Source: Promethearchaeota archaeon (lineage in GTDB: Archaea; Asgardarchaeota; Hermodarchaeia; Hermodarchaeales; Hermodarchaeaceae). From it: 32,000 nucleotides of DNA. The position numbers and the translations under genes are program-made. The notes under the pieces were generated by a model. That model was not told where the DNA came from, made no database searches, and worked only from the letters and a program-made list of their open reading frames with translations. Each line of letters starts with the position of its first letter. Positions within the stretch are counted from its first letter, which is position 1. Positions 8,587 to 18,656 of the stretch are shown in pieces. The stretch lies in assembly GCA_048938295.1 (NCBI GenBank), contig JBHLMI010000024.1:1-32000 (forward strand), read 5' to 3'.

Positions 8587-9912
8587 TTACATTTCAAAGC
8601 CTGTTTTTCCGGCACCCCATTTGTCTAAAGCGACTTTGAGTTCCGCATGGTCTTCAGCATAATCTTTCAGGGAGATTCCTTTCACAGTTGCGTCGATGGC
8701 TTGTCGGAAGGCACGGGCACCAGCTGATGGGCCACCATGTTCTGCAGGAAAGGCGTGAATGCCACCACCCGTACCAATCATAATTTCAATTCCCAGGTCT
8801 TCGATGACCATTGGAACATGGCCAGGTGTGATGCCGCCGCTAGGCATAGGCATAGTAGGCCTGATGTGGTGAAGCGGGTAGTTCATGGACCGAGACATCT
8901 CGATGTACCGCTGCTTGAGCAAAGGTGCCTTCCCATATGGGGCAGGGAATACTTCGATGTCAATACCAGCTAGTCGCGGAAGTTTTCCGATGACCAGTTG
9001 AGTTGACAAGCCACTGATAGGCGAGTAGCTCATAGCTCCTGCAATGTCCATGTGACCTAACACGGGTACGTTAATGCTGGGATCATCGGTAACCTGACGC
9101 ACAGCGCTGTATCCTACGGCTAGATAGTTGATCATGAGGGCATTGGCTCCATGTTCAATGGCTGCTTCAGCATTCTCCATAAGTCTAGGAATCCGATCTG
9201 TGATATTGATGGTGTAGAGGGTCTTTTCTCCTTTCTCTGAATTAGCCTTGTCAATGGCATCCATGTAGAGGGGTAACCGTTCAGTGATTCGATTAAAGAC
9301 TGGGTCAGCGATGAGTTCATCATCTTTAATGATGTCAGCTCCTCCACGTGCTGCCTCATATAGTAGTTTTGCACCAACTTTCGGAGGATAGCCCGTGCAA
9401 GGCTTAATCATGTTGTTGAGTAACGGGCGGCCTTTGACCCCTAGTACTTTGAAGACGCCTTGTGTGCCAAATTTGGGGCCTTGGAAGCCTTTCAGCCAGC
9501 TCTTTGGGAACCGGAGATCTAACACTTTCACCCGTCCACCCATACTAATGTTGCCCACAACAGTTGACAGGAGCATAGGTATTTGCTGTCCAAAGTTTAC
9601 CCACGGAAACGCCACTTGTACAACATAATGACGATGCGTGACGTCTTTAGGCTCGCTGTATTCAGGGTAGGGTCCTTCATAAATCCCAATAACCTTGGCC
9701 ACATACTTTTTTCGCATCTCGGGGGTTTCACCAGGAACAAGCACCCAAGTTCCAGTGCTTTGTTCTACAGCAGCCATTTCACAGATGTCTTTAATTGGAA
9801 GACCAATCGGTGCCCCGAAATAATAGGTCGCGATGACATATTTTTCTGGATCAATCTCATCGGGTAACGCGTTGGGTTGGCTTTCAATAGGAAGTTTCTT
9901 TTCAGGTGACAA
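8587..9912 (-). CDS. RuBisCO-like protein (form IV RLP)
   Basis: EQSTGTW, GNI, KDDE, PYGK, SGG and GGGIH retained; KPKxG changed to KPCTG and HRA to HMD. TTG start at 9912 with GGAG upstream. Confidence 0.9.
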   Translation of the reverse strand: MSPEKKLPIESQPNALPDEIDPEKYVIATYYFGAPIGLPIKDICEMAAVEQSTGTWVLVPGETPEMRKKYVAKVIGIYEGPYPEYSEPKDVTHRHYVVQVAFPWVNFGQQIPMLLSTVVGNISMGGRVKVLDLRFPKSWLKGFQGPKFGTQGVFKVLGVKGRPLLNNMIKPCTGYPPKVGAKLLYEAARGGADIIKDDELIADPVFNRITERLPLYMDAIDKANSEKGEKTLYTINITDRIPRLMENAEAAIEHGANALMINYLAVGYSAVRQVTDDPSINVPVLGHMDIAGAMSYSPISGLSTQLVIGKLPRLAGIDIEVFPAPYGKAPLLKQRYIEMSRSMNYPLHHIRPTMPMPSGGITPGHVPMVIEDLGIEIMIGTGGGIHAFPAEHGGPSAGARAFRQAIDATVKGISLKDYAEDHAELKVALDKWGAGKTGFEM

Positions 9913-10104
9913 TTTGACACTCCGCCTAAATGAAGATGATACGATACAACAGGGCATCATGGCTCTATTTTAGCCTTATTAACGTCGACAAAAATAATCG
10001 AGAAGCTAAAAAAACGTTGAAGGGTGAACACGAAAGAGTTCACCTATTTCGCCTGTAACGAGAAGCGAATCCTAAGCTCTTTGCTCCTATGAGTGGACCT
10101 GTTT

Positions 10105-10926
10105 CTATTTCTTTTTGCTCAGGATTAATTGCATTTGGTATAGTTTGTGGTGAAGATGGTACCCGCGTGTTTCACATAATGTAGCTAGTTTTTGGTTTTC
10201 ATGAAACGTGATACGGAGGAAATCAGAAGGAGGGTTACAAAGGGGTTGAAAGGCTAACACGAAATCGTCAAAGCTGGAAAGGGTTGTAAGTTCAAATGGG
10301 AAACAACCTGGAAAACTTGGTGTGAAGCGGCAGGCACCTACGATGCTATTAGATGAATCTTTTAGGGCATAGATGAGTTGCTCTCCTTTGATGAAATTTT
10401 GAATAGCCTCTAGCGGTAGAGAGGCTGGAAAGAGTTCAGCAATCGTTTGGAACTCGTTTGGTTGCGCTTCCAGAAGTGAATAGCCCCCTAAAGCCTGTAG
10501 GCTCGTGAAGGGTACAAAATAGTGCCAGGTGTGACCACTCACTTTGAATCCGAATTTCTTATACAATTCTTGGGCGTGCAGGTTGTCAACTTGAGTATAA
10601 AGACGTACAACCTTGACTCCCTCTTGTTTGCGAAACCAGTCTAAGGCATATTCCATTAACTTTGCGCCCAAGCCTTGACTTTGCATGGATTTCTGAACGC
10701 CAATTCGTCCTAGATGGGCAATCTTATCAGAAAACCGACCTAGCACCAGGTAACCTAAGAGATGTCCATCTTGTGAATTCATGGCGAAAAATCCAGGTTT
10801 TTGGACACGCTGATGAAAATATTCTTCACGGACTTGGTCGTCCTCCTCGAATATGGCACGATCGAGTTGATTAAACTTAACCCATTCATCGCTTAGCATG
10901 GGATGGATCTCTAGTGATTCTGGCAA
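10105..10926 (-). CDS. GNAT N-acetyltransferase with a degenerate second GNAT-like half
   Basis: Acetyl-CoA motif QSQGLGAKL; N..A..LY.KFGF. Confidence 0.85.
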   Translation of the reverse strand: MPESLEIHPMLSDEWVKFNQLDRAIFEEDDQVREEYFHQRVQKPGFFAMNSQDGHLLGYLVLGRFSDKIAHLGRIGVQKSMQSQGLGAKLMEYALDWFRKQEGVKVVRLYTQVDNLHAQELYKKFGFKVSGHTWHYFVPFTSLQALGGYSLLEAQPNEFQTIAELFPASLPLEAIQNFIKGEQLIYALKDSSNSIVGACRFTPSFPGCFPFELTTLSSFDDFVLAFQPLCNPPSDFLRITFHENQKLATLCETRGYHLHHKLYQMQLILSKKK

Positions 10927-10949
10927 ATTCAGCCCTGAGGGATACTAGG

Positions 10950-13658
10950 TTATTTCCTGCCATATTTGTATTGGAGGGCTGCTTGTGCTGCCGCTAGTCG
11001 GGCAATTGGCACACGAAACGGTGATGCACTGACATAGTTTAAGCCTACTATGTGTGAGAATTCAATAGATTTGGGTTCGCCAAAGTGTTCACCACATCCT
11101 CCGATTTCGAGGTTCGGATTTGCAGAGAGTCCTTTTTCGATGGCTATTTTCATTAGCATCCCAACACCATCGCGGTCGAGGATTTCAAAGGGATTGTTCG
11201 GGAGAACACCCCAAGCGACATATTGTCTGAGGAATTTGCCTTCGGCATCATCTCGAGATACACCATAGGTCATCTGGGTCAGGTCGTTGGTTCCGAATGA
11301 AAAGAAATCAGCATATTTTGCCACCGAGTCAGCAGTGAGGGCTGCACGTGGCGTTTCAATCATAAGGCCGAATTTGTAGTTGAGGGGGCAGCCTTTCTCT
11401 TCCATCACGTCTTTAGCGACTTTTTCAAGTTTCTCGCGTTCAAGCATTAATTCAGTGACATGACTGACAAGAGGTATCATGACTTCGGGGTATACCTTAA
11501 TCCCTTCCTGGGCTACGTTACAAGCTGCTTCGAAAATCGCCCGAACCTGCATTTCAGTTAGCCCTGGATGGGTGATGCCAGCACGGCAGCCGCGGAGCCC
11601 CATCATGGGATTAACTTCCCACATACTATCGACGATGTCTTTGAGGCCTTCAGTTTCTTTGAGTTTCTTTTCTAATCGCTTTTGTTTTGTTGCACTAGGA
11701 TTGTTTTTGAGCTCAAGTTTGAGCTGACAGATTTCTTCTCCCAGTTCGTCTTTGGTGGGAAGGAACTCGTGCATTGGTGGATCGATGAGTCGGACAATAA
11801 CCGGATATCCGTCCATGGCGCGGAAGATTCCTTCGAAATCTGCGCGTTGGAAGGGTAGCAACTTTTCTAGAAGCTTCTGTCGATCGTGGTCATCTTCGGC
11901 CATAATCATCTTGACTACTATTGGTCGTCGTTCTTCTTCAAAGAACATGTGCTCGGTTCGACAAAGACCGATACCTTTGGCTCCAAAGGCCCGAGCACGG
12001 GTTGCATCTTTTGGATTGTCGGCGTTGGTCCATACACCTAATTTTCGGATCTCGTCAGCCCATGAAAGCAGGGTTACGAGTTCACTTTCTTCGTCAAAGC
12101 TAGCTTCGATGGTTGCGATTTGTCCCTGAAAGACAGCGCCGGTTGTGCCATCAATTGAGATATAGTCGCCTTCACGAACGACTATGTCACCAACTCGAAA
12201 ACTGCGAGCATCCAAGTCAATGGTGATAGTTTCACATCCAGCAACACAAGACTTGCCCCAACCACGTGCAACGACCGCTGCATGACTGGTCATTCCACCA
12301 CGTTGAGTGAGAATTCCCTGCGAGTTGATCATGCCGTGGACATCTTCGGGATTGGTTTCCGGGCGAACTAAAATCACTTTTTCCCCTTCTTGCCCACGTT
12401 TGGCAGCAGTATCTGCATCAAAAATTGCCATTCCGGTAGCTGCACCGGGAGAAGCGTTTAATCCCCAAGCTAGCAATCGCCCCTTGTTTTTAGCTTCTTC
12501 GACGGCTTTAGGATCAAAGCGGGGGTGGAGAAATTGATCTATTGATGCCGGATTCACTCGAAGGATTGCGTCTTCTTTTTTGATTAGCCCTTCGTTGACC
12601 ATATCCACTGCGATTTTCACCGCAGCAAATGCGGTTCTCTTGCCAGTTCGCGTTTGGAGCATCCAAAGGGTTTCTCTTTCAATAGTGAACTCCATGTCCT
12701 GCATGTCACGATAATGGCGTTCCAGCCGGTCTGATATTTTCACAAATTCTTGCCAAACCTTGGGCATATCTTTCTCGAGGTTAGCGATAGGTTGTGGTGT
12801 TCGAATCCCTGCGACGACATCTTCTCCTTGTGCATTAAGTAAGTATTCACCCCAGACTGCCTTATCACCTGTGGCTGGATTTCGGGTGAATGCAACACCG
12901 GTACCGCTACGCTCACCCATATTGCCAAAAACCATCGTTTGAATGTTGACTGCTGTCCCCCAGTCGTGTGAGATACTTTCCGCATTTCGGTAAGAGGTCG
13001 CAGGGGCACCAAACCATGAATTGAAGACTGCGCCTATTGCCTCACGAATTTGTTCAAGCGGATCATCGGGAAACTTCTTTTTCATTTCAGCCTTGTATAG
13101 TGATTTGAAATCGTGGACTACCTCTTTGAGCATAGTAACGGTAAGATCTGTATCACGGCCACCAGCAGTTTTGGCTTTGTATTCGTCAAGGATTGCTTCG
13201 AACTTGTGGCGGTCGATTTCCTTAACGATATTGCCAAACATCTGAATCAGGCGGCGATAGGCATCCCAAGCGACACGCTCGTTCCCTGTTAATCTCGCAA
13301 AGCCTTTCAAAACTTTGGGATTCAGCCCGATATTCAAGACGGTGTCCATCATGCCTGGCATGGAAACACGGGCACCAGACCGGGCTGAGACGAGGAGAGG
13401 ATTACTGGGGTCGCCAAGGCGTTTTCCAGTGCTTTGCTCTAATGTTTTGATGGCTTCAAGCACCTGCTCCCACATCCTTTCAGGGAATTGCTTGTTATTT
13501 GCAAAGTAGGCGTTACAAGCCTCTGTAGTAATCGTAAACCCAGGAGGAACAGGGAGTTTGGCATTGGTCATCTCCGCTAGGTTTGCTCCTTTACCACCAA
13601 GGAGATCACGCATATCCTTGTTACCTTCACTGAACAAATAGACCCATTTTTTCATCAT
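10950..13658 (-). CDS. ppdK: Pyruvate, phosphate dikinase
   Basis: LLGGKGANLAEM, VSARSGARVSMPGMMDT, phospho-His motif GGMTSHAAVVARG, GLCRTEHMF, SFGTNDLTQ; ATG at 13658. Confidence 0.98.
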   Translation of the reverse strand: MMKKWVYLFSEGNKDMRDLLGGKGANLAEMTNAKLPVPPGFTITTEACNAYFANNKQFPERMWEQVLEAIKTLEQSTGKRLGDPSNPLLVSARSGARVSMPGMMDTVLNIGLNPKVLKGFARLTGNERVAWDAYRRLIQMFGNIVKEIDRHKFEAILDEYKAKTAGGRDTDLTVTMLKEVVHDFKSLYKAEMKKKFPDDPLEQIREAIGAVFNSWFGAPATSYRNAESISHDWGTAVNIQTMVFGNMGERSGTGVAFTRNPATGDKAVWGEYLLNAQGEDVVAGIRTPQPIANLEKDMPKVWQEFVKISDRLERHYRDMQDMEFTIERETLWMLQTRTGKRTAFAAVKIAVDMVNEGLIKKEDAILRVNPASIDQFLHPRFDPKAVEEAKNKGRLLAWGLNASPGAATGMAIFDADTAAKRGQEGEKVILVRPETNPEDVHGMINSQGILTQRGGMTSHAAVVARGWGKSCVAGCETITIDLDARSFRVGDIVVREGDYISIDGTTGAVFQGQIATIEASFDEESELVTLLSWADEIRKLGVWTNADNPKDATRARAFGAKGIGLCRTEHMFFEEERRPIVVKMIMAEDDHDRQKLLEKLLPFQRADFEGIFRAMDGYPVIVRLIDPPMHEFLPTKDELGEEICQLKLELKNNPSATKQKRLEKKLKETEGLKDIVDSMWEVNPMMGLRGCRAGITHPGLTEMQVRAIFEAACNVAQEGIKVYPEVMIPLVSHVTELMLEREKLEKVAKDVMEEKGCPLNYKFGLMIETPRAALTADSVAKYADFFSFGTNDLTQMTYGVSRDDAEGKFLRQYVAWGVLPNNPFEILDRDGVGMLMKIAIEKGLSANPNLEIGGCGEHFGEPKSIEFSHIVGLNYVSASPFRVPIARLAAAQAALQYKYGRK

Positions 13659-13859
13659 CTGTTGACACCCCAAGTGAGTAATAAGTTCAGGTATAATGTA
13701 GCTTCAGATCATCAGCTCTAACTGCAAGCACGACCTGAGAGGCATCTAATAAACGTATTGATTTTTCTGGAGACGGCTCTTTATGGAAGGTTATTATCTT
13801 AAATGGAAGCTGTATACTAACTTCGGACAGAGAGCAACCTTCTCTGGATGTGTGATTGG

Positions 13860-15215
13860 ATGCTATCCTATCCACGACGAATTTCGTATGGTATCGGACG
13901 GACTGGTTCGTCTCTGTTGTTGACCTTTGTGGATTTTGCTGGATTGAACATCTATTATTCGTTCTTTCTACTCAATCCCCTGTATGCGGGAATTGCCAGT
14001 GCCTTTGGTTTCATTGTTATTGGGTTATCTCATTGGTATCTGGGATTCCGGAGCGATAGAACAGAAAGCCGTTTTGGACGGCGACGGCCGTACATTATCG
14101 TTGGTGCCCCAGCGCTAGCCATCACAGGATTTCTCATATTCTTTCCGCATTGGATTATTCCCTCCTCACCAGATCCAATTAATGATCCGACCTGGCAAAT
14201 CATGACCTTCGGATATTATTTACTCACGTTAGCCCTGTTCAAGTTTTTCTATGCATTCCTTCTCACTGCTTATCAAGCGTGGTTACCTGAAATTGCTGAT
14301 CCCGATGAGCGACCAAATGTTGGGGCCATTCAAAACACGGCAAACTGGATTGGAACAGGGATCGGGATAGTAATAGGGTTTATTTCCGGGATTCTTTTCA
14401 CTCCCATTAGTGGCATCCCGACAACCATCGGGTTCATAGTTCTGATGGCAATATCATTATTATGTTTCTTGTTGTTTCTACCTGCTATCTTATTTGTTCG
14501 GTCTCGACCAGGTATTCAACCAATTAACCGGTCAATGGTGGAGGAAACCAAGACAGCACTTAAGAACCCCAACTATGTGAAATGGATTTTGGTAGTTGGT
14601 TTCTGGTCCCTCACTTTGTCAACAATCACATCAATCATTGTGCCAATGCTACAAAACGGATTAATGCTAGAATTTACTCAACTAATTCTCGCTGCAGGTG
14701 TGTTTCTCATTGCACTCATGATAATACCCTTCCTTCTCGCTAGACTAGTGAAGAGATATGGGAAGAAACGTATTCTTATGGCAGCACTACTAATTTTAGC
14801 CCTGATATTACCACTGACCGCCATTCTTGGACTGCCAATCCTTGGTCCTGTCACTCTCCAAGTCATCGCGTTTGGTATACCCCTAGGAAGCTGCGTTGCT
14901 GCCCTCTACCTCATGCGATATGTTGTAATCGCTGACATCGCACACAAGGATGAACTTGACAGTGGCCAGGCCCGAGCTGGCATGTACGAAGGATTTCAAG
15001 GGGTTCCCTTGAATGCCTTCCAAGCGTTTGGAGCAACGTTCCTTGGATGGTTTCTTCTAGTTCTGCAAGTAAGCCCAGGACCACCACCTATAAACTTCGG
15101 TTTCTTCTGGTGGGGACCAGTATTTGCCATCTTCCTTGTAATCGCAGCCGTGATTCTCCACTACACCAACATAGACCCCGATTTCTCGAACCTCGAGAAA
15201 CCACTTGACCAATAA
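13860..15215 (+). CDS. MFS transporter, GPH (MelB-like) family
   Basis: SDRTESRFGRRRPYI motif, about 12 hydrophobic helices, cytoplasmic DIAHKDEL...RAGMYEG loop; start 13860 or 13848. Confidence 0.9.
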   Translation: MLSYPRRISYGIGRTGSSLLLTFVDFAGLNIYYSFFLLNPLYAGIASAFGFIVIGLSHWYLGFRSDRTESRFGRRRPYIIVGAPALAITGFLIFFPHWIIPSSPDPINDPTWQIMTFGYYLLTLALFKFFYAFLLTAYQAWLPEIADPDERPNVGAIQNTANWIGTGIGIVIGFISGILFTPISGIPTTIGFIVLMAISLLCFLLFLPAILFVRSRPGIQPINRSMVEETKTALKNPNYVKWILVVGFWSLTLSTITSIIVPMLQNGLMLEFTQLILAAGVFLIALMIIPFLLARLVKRYGKKRILMAALLILALILPLTAILGLPILGPVTLQVIAFGIPLGSCVAALYLMRYVVIADIAHKDELDSGQARAGMYEGFQGVPLNAFQAFGATFLGWFLLVLQVSPGPPPINFGFFWWGPVFAIFLVIAAVILHYTNIDPDFSNLEKPLDQ

Positions 15216-15235
15216 CTCACAAGGTGGCAGTGATA

Positions 15236-15913
15236 CTATGCCACCTCCTTTATTTTTTCCACGAGCTTGAGCAGGTTATAGGAATTTGTTTCTTGGATGG
15301 TTTTATCAAGCGTAGCAAGCTTCATGAAAACCTCAATTGCCCCATCATCATCAATATCTAGCGCCGTCCCCATAGCATAGTAGATAATCGGATTCAACTC
15401 GTGCGCTTCTAATTCGCGTACATGCTTCTGAAGACTCCGCTCACCAAAACAAAATTGAAACCTGCGAGCATTGGCAAAGAAGAGCACGTTGGTTCCTATG
15501 CCTTTCCAATCTTTCGCAATAATCGGGCGATTCGAACGCAGACCAGACCAAATTAGATCATCAAGGACCTTTCCCGTTAGTAGCGGTAAATCTCCTAATA
15601 TTATGATAGTATAGCTAGAACCTTGCTGGGTACAATGGTGAAGACACTCCATTAGTTCATCGTTCAGACCTTCGTTGGTGCTCTTATAGATTCTAAAGTT
15701 TGGGTTTGCAACCGTGGGAAGGAGGGTATCGTTATATGTTACGATAATTGACTTACTGATGAGGTGGGATGTATTGGTGGCATTCAGAACATCGAGTAGC
15801 ATAGATTTAACAAGTTCCTGTCGCTGCCTGGCATCTAAGATGCTAGCTAGTCTTTGCTTAGTAGAAGGAAGAAATCGGATAGGAATTATGGCAACAATTT
15901 CTGATTCAGACAT
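15236..15913 (-). CDS. cofC: 2-phospho-L-lactate/PEP guanylyltransferase (F420 biosynthesis)
   Basis: IIP......KQRLASIL....R..L...ML.DVL, GLN, GDLPLL, GTN, FG..S...H, LDID. Confidence 0.88.
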   Translation of the reverse strand: MSESEIVAIIPIRFLPSTKQRLASILDARQRQELVKSMLLDVLNATNTSHLISKSIIVTYNDTLLPTVANPNFRIYKSTNEGLNDELMECLHHCTQQGSSYTIIILGDLPLLTGKVLDDLIWSGLRSNRPIIAKDWKGIGTNVLFFANARRFQFCFGERSLQKHVRELEAHELNPIIYYAMGTALDIDDDGAIEVFMKLATLDKTIQETNSYNLLKLVEKIKEVA

Positions 15914-15937
15914 CCCAACAGCCCTCAGTTAACTCAA

Positions 15938-16633
15938 TCATATGTAATATTCATAGGGATCGTATTCACTTCCGGGTTTAGACCGATTTCTCCAGATCCT
16001 AATGTGACGGTAGCTGTAGGCAAAGAGGAAACCCCCAAGAAATCCAAACACATGGGCTCCATGAGCGATACCTGTACTGAAAGCAAAGAACATCTGAATA
16101 ACTTCAAGGATGAAGTAGATGATGATTATATTCCAGGCACCAGCAGTCCGACCAGCATCCCCAGAGATGCCAATAGGACGGCGCGGAAGCAGATAAGCGT
16201 AGGCAGCCATTATTCCAAAGATTGCCCCAGAAGCGCCTATGGTCGGAATCGAAACGCCTCCTACACTAACAGCAGTACTAATGGTATACATTATTAGAGT
16301 GTGACCTAATCCTCCAATAATTCCTGAGAAGAGATAGAGCGTTAAGTAAGTGAATGGGTGCATTTCATGTTCTACGACTTGGCCGAAGATGAAAAGGAAG
16401 TACATATTGATTAACAGATGAAAGAAATCAGCGTGGAGGAATTGGCTTGTGATGAGTGTGTATAGTTTTTGACCCGCAACGATGTCTGAAGGAATCAGGG
16501 CAAATGAATACGTGATGGCGGGGTAGCCGAGTTGGACCTCGATACTAAATACGAGGATGAAGATGACGGTATTTAGGAGGATAAGGGTATATGTCATATA
16601 GGACCTTAGGGGTCTCGGGTAGTCATAGGTCAC
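15938..16633 (-). CDS. Rhomboid intramembrane serine protease
   Basis: FLHADFFHLLINM, catalytic GASGA and AHVFG. Confidence 0.95.
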   Translation of the reverse strand: MTYDYPRPLRSYMTYTLILLNTVIFILVFSIEVQLGYPAITYSFALIPSDIVAGQKLYTLITSQFLHADFFHLLINMYFLFIFGQVVEHEMHPFTYLTLYLFSGIIGGLGHTLIMYTISTAVSVGGVSIPTIGASGAIFGIMAAYAYLLPRRPIGISGDAGRTAGAWNIIIIYFILEVIQMFFAFSTGIAHGAHVFGFLGGFLFAYSYRHIRIWRNRSKPGSEYDPYEYYI

Positions 16634-16765
16634 ACTGCTTCATCTCTTCGTTGATCGTTATGATCTAGTATTCTGGCTGACGAGGAAAAACCTATTATGT
16701 TTTATGTTTTGGTTATGGAAAGACCAAATAGGAGTAAATGCTCTTCAGTATGGCTGTGAGACAAG

Positions 16766-17143
16766 ATGGCGCTTCGTGATTTCCTCTATCCCTATCTTGA
16801 AGTAATTCTCGTTCTTGCGCGAGCCTTAGATGTGGATGAAGCCCAGGCCGCGTTTGGTAGTCTCTCAGAGGAGTATCAGCAAGTGGCTGCCCGGATACGA
16901 ATTGCACCACATGACGCGCAACGATTGAACCTCAAGGAGGAAGATCACGTTTTGGTAAACTCTGATATAGGTAGTGTGGTAGTGGTTGCGGAGATCCAAT
17001 CTGATCAACCTGCGGGTATGGTCGTAATGCATCCTGGACCCTGGGCATTTGCTCTCATCGAAGCAATGATTCCAAGTCAGGGCACGGAGGTCACCATTAA
17101 ACCAAGCACAGAACCTGTTACACCCCTTGACCAATTACTCTAA
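16766..17143 (+). CDS. fwdD: FwdD-like molybdopterin-dinucleotide-binding domain protein (degenerate)
   Basis: SEEYQQVAARI.I.P.D...L.LKEED.V.V.S..GSVVV...P.GMV.M.PGPWA matches FwdD; TGR and GPWAN motifs altered. Confidence 0.75.
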   Translation: MALRDFLYPYLEVILVLARALDVDEAQAAFGSLSEEYQQVAARIRIAPHDAQRLNLKEEDHVLVNSDIGSVVVVAEIQSDQPAGMVVMHPGPWAFALIEAMIPSQGTEVTIKPSTEPVTPLDQLL

Positions 17144-18588
17144 CGGGACCGATTTTTTGAAGTGGCTTTTTCACTAGCTTTTAAACTGGGTTTCATCTTT
17201 TTTTGCGCTTCGTCTTTAACGGCTGCACACAAAGGTTCGACGCGACCTCGCTCGAAAAGCAAACGTAGCCGCCAATTTCTCCGAATGATCTCTTGGAGTT
17301 TCTGAATTCGTGCCTGGGCTTGTGTTCGACTGATCTTGTCTTCAGACCACTTCTCTGATTTAGTTTGCACCGAAGTTCCGTGTTCTGTGGGAGCGATTTT
17401 TATAACACGTTCGTAGATATCATTTCGTGGGGTGCTTAGGCCTATAAGGTGGTCATAGAACCTGTGAGCTCGTGCTCGTTCCCAATCCCGAGCTTGTTCA
17501 ATTTGTGATAACGTATAGCTGTCACGGCTAACCTTGAGGACCTCTTCGGGGCAGGCGTTTTCACACGCTCCACAGAATACGCAGATAGCTTTGTTGATGG
17601 CAATTTTATCTTTATCGCCGGTCGGATAGATGGCTTTGGTGGGGCAGATGTTAAAACAATTCACGCATCCTGTTGGATCACATTTCTCTAGATTATGAAT
17701 CTCGATATCACCAGTAAGTGGTAAGGAGACCTCCAAGGCGTCAAACGGACATTTCTCAGCGCATAGTGTGCAGTCGACGCAGAGCCCGTCATCGATGGTC
17801 ATAGTTCCTTCGACTTCTGGATCCCTAATGATCCGGGGCGGTGCGCTTTCACAGGTAACCTTCACGGCATCAGAAGGACAAATCTTCTCGCATAGCCCAC
17901 AATAATCGCATTGTGTTGTATCGACTCGGATACCAACAGCAGGTGCGAAATCTGGAGGTTTTGGTTTTTCCTCCGACCAGTAAATAGTGATGCATTCTGG
18001 GCATAGCAATTCACACAATCCGCACCATGTGCATTTGTCCTCATCGATGACAATGGTTCCTTTGGCATCTGGATTCCCCCCAGCCACTCGTCTAGCAGCT
18101 TTGGGATCCTTGTAACTCACCAGTTTGGTTTTGGGGGTAACCTTAAGGTCAACAGTGATTGCATCACGGGGACAGAGTTTGGCACATAAAACACATGGCG
18201 CACATTTCTCCTCATCGAGCTTATGTTTCCCTTTCAGCCGTGAATATTGCCGATCAGCAGGGATATCATCAAATCGGGCCTCAATCGCATTGAATAGGCA
18301 GGCAGAATCGCATAAGCCACAGAAAGTGCATTTATCTTCATCAATCAGAATGAGAGGTGCCTCTTCAAGACGTCCTGCCGCAATTTCTTGCACCGGGCCC
18401 AAGGTGATAGCGTCCCAAGGGCACGGTAAACAGAGACTACAGCCAACACATCGAGACAGGTCATATTTGAGGTTCTTGTTCAGCAGCGACGTCTTCCAGT
18501 TATAACGAATGTTAGTGTCATCTAAGACTTCACTGGTCACTTTGGGGCGTTCACCGACAATAATACGGTCTCGCTGCACTTTTGTCAT
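17140..18588 (-). CDS. fwdF: Polyferredoxin, FwdF-like (8 x [4Fe-4S] motifs)
   Basis: Eight Cys clusters: CVGCSLCLPC, CTFCGLCDSAC, CAPCVLCAKLC, CTWCGLCELLC, CDYCGLCEKIC, CVDCTLCAEKC, CDPTGCVNCFNIC, CVFCGACENAC; FwdF-like N-terminus. Confidence 0.85.
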   Translation of the reverse strand: MTKVQRDRIIVGERPKVTSEVLDDTNIRYNWKTSLLNKNLKYDLSRCVGCSLCLPCPWDAITLGPVQEIAAGRLEEAPLILIDEDKCTFCGLCDSACLFNAIEARFDDIPADRQYSRLKGKHKLDEEKCAPCVLCAKLCPRDAITVDLKVTPKTKLVSYKDPKAARRVAGGNPDAKGTIVIDEDKCTWCGLCELLCPECITIYWSEEKPKPPDFAPAVGIRVDTTQCDYCGLCEKICPSDAVKVTCESAPPRIIRDPEVEGTMTIDDGLCVDCTLCAEKCPFDALEVSLPLTGDIEIHNLEKCDPTGCVNCFNICPTKAIYPTGDKDKIAINKAICVFCGACENACPEEVLKVSRDSYTLSQIEQARDWERARAHRFYDHLIGLSTPRNDIYERVIKIAPTEHGTSVQTKSEKWSEDKISRTQAQARIQKLQEIIRRNWRLRLLFERGRVEPLCAAVKDEAQKKMKPSLKASEKATSKNRSR

Positions 18589-18656
18589 AGAACTGGTTCC
18601 TATAGAAACTGCTATACTAGCTTTTGGAATCTTCGCCTATAATGCTTGTTACCGTC

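Noticed and set aside
8587-9912. Bona fide CO2-fixing RuBisCO (form III)
   Set aside because: K177, R295 and H327 equivalents are missing.
10950-15913. Functional link between ppdK (PEP) and cofC
   Set aside because: They are separated by a divergent MFS gene; proximity alone is weak evidence.
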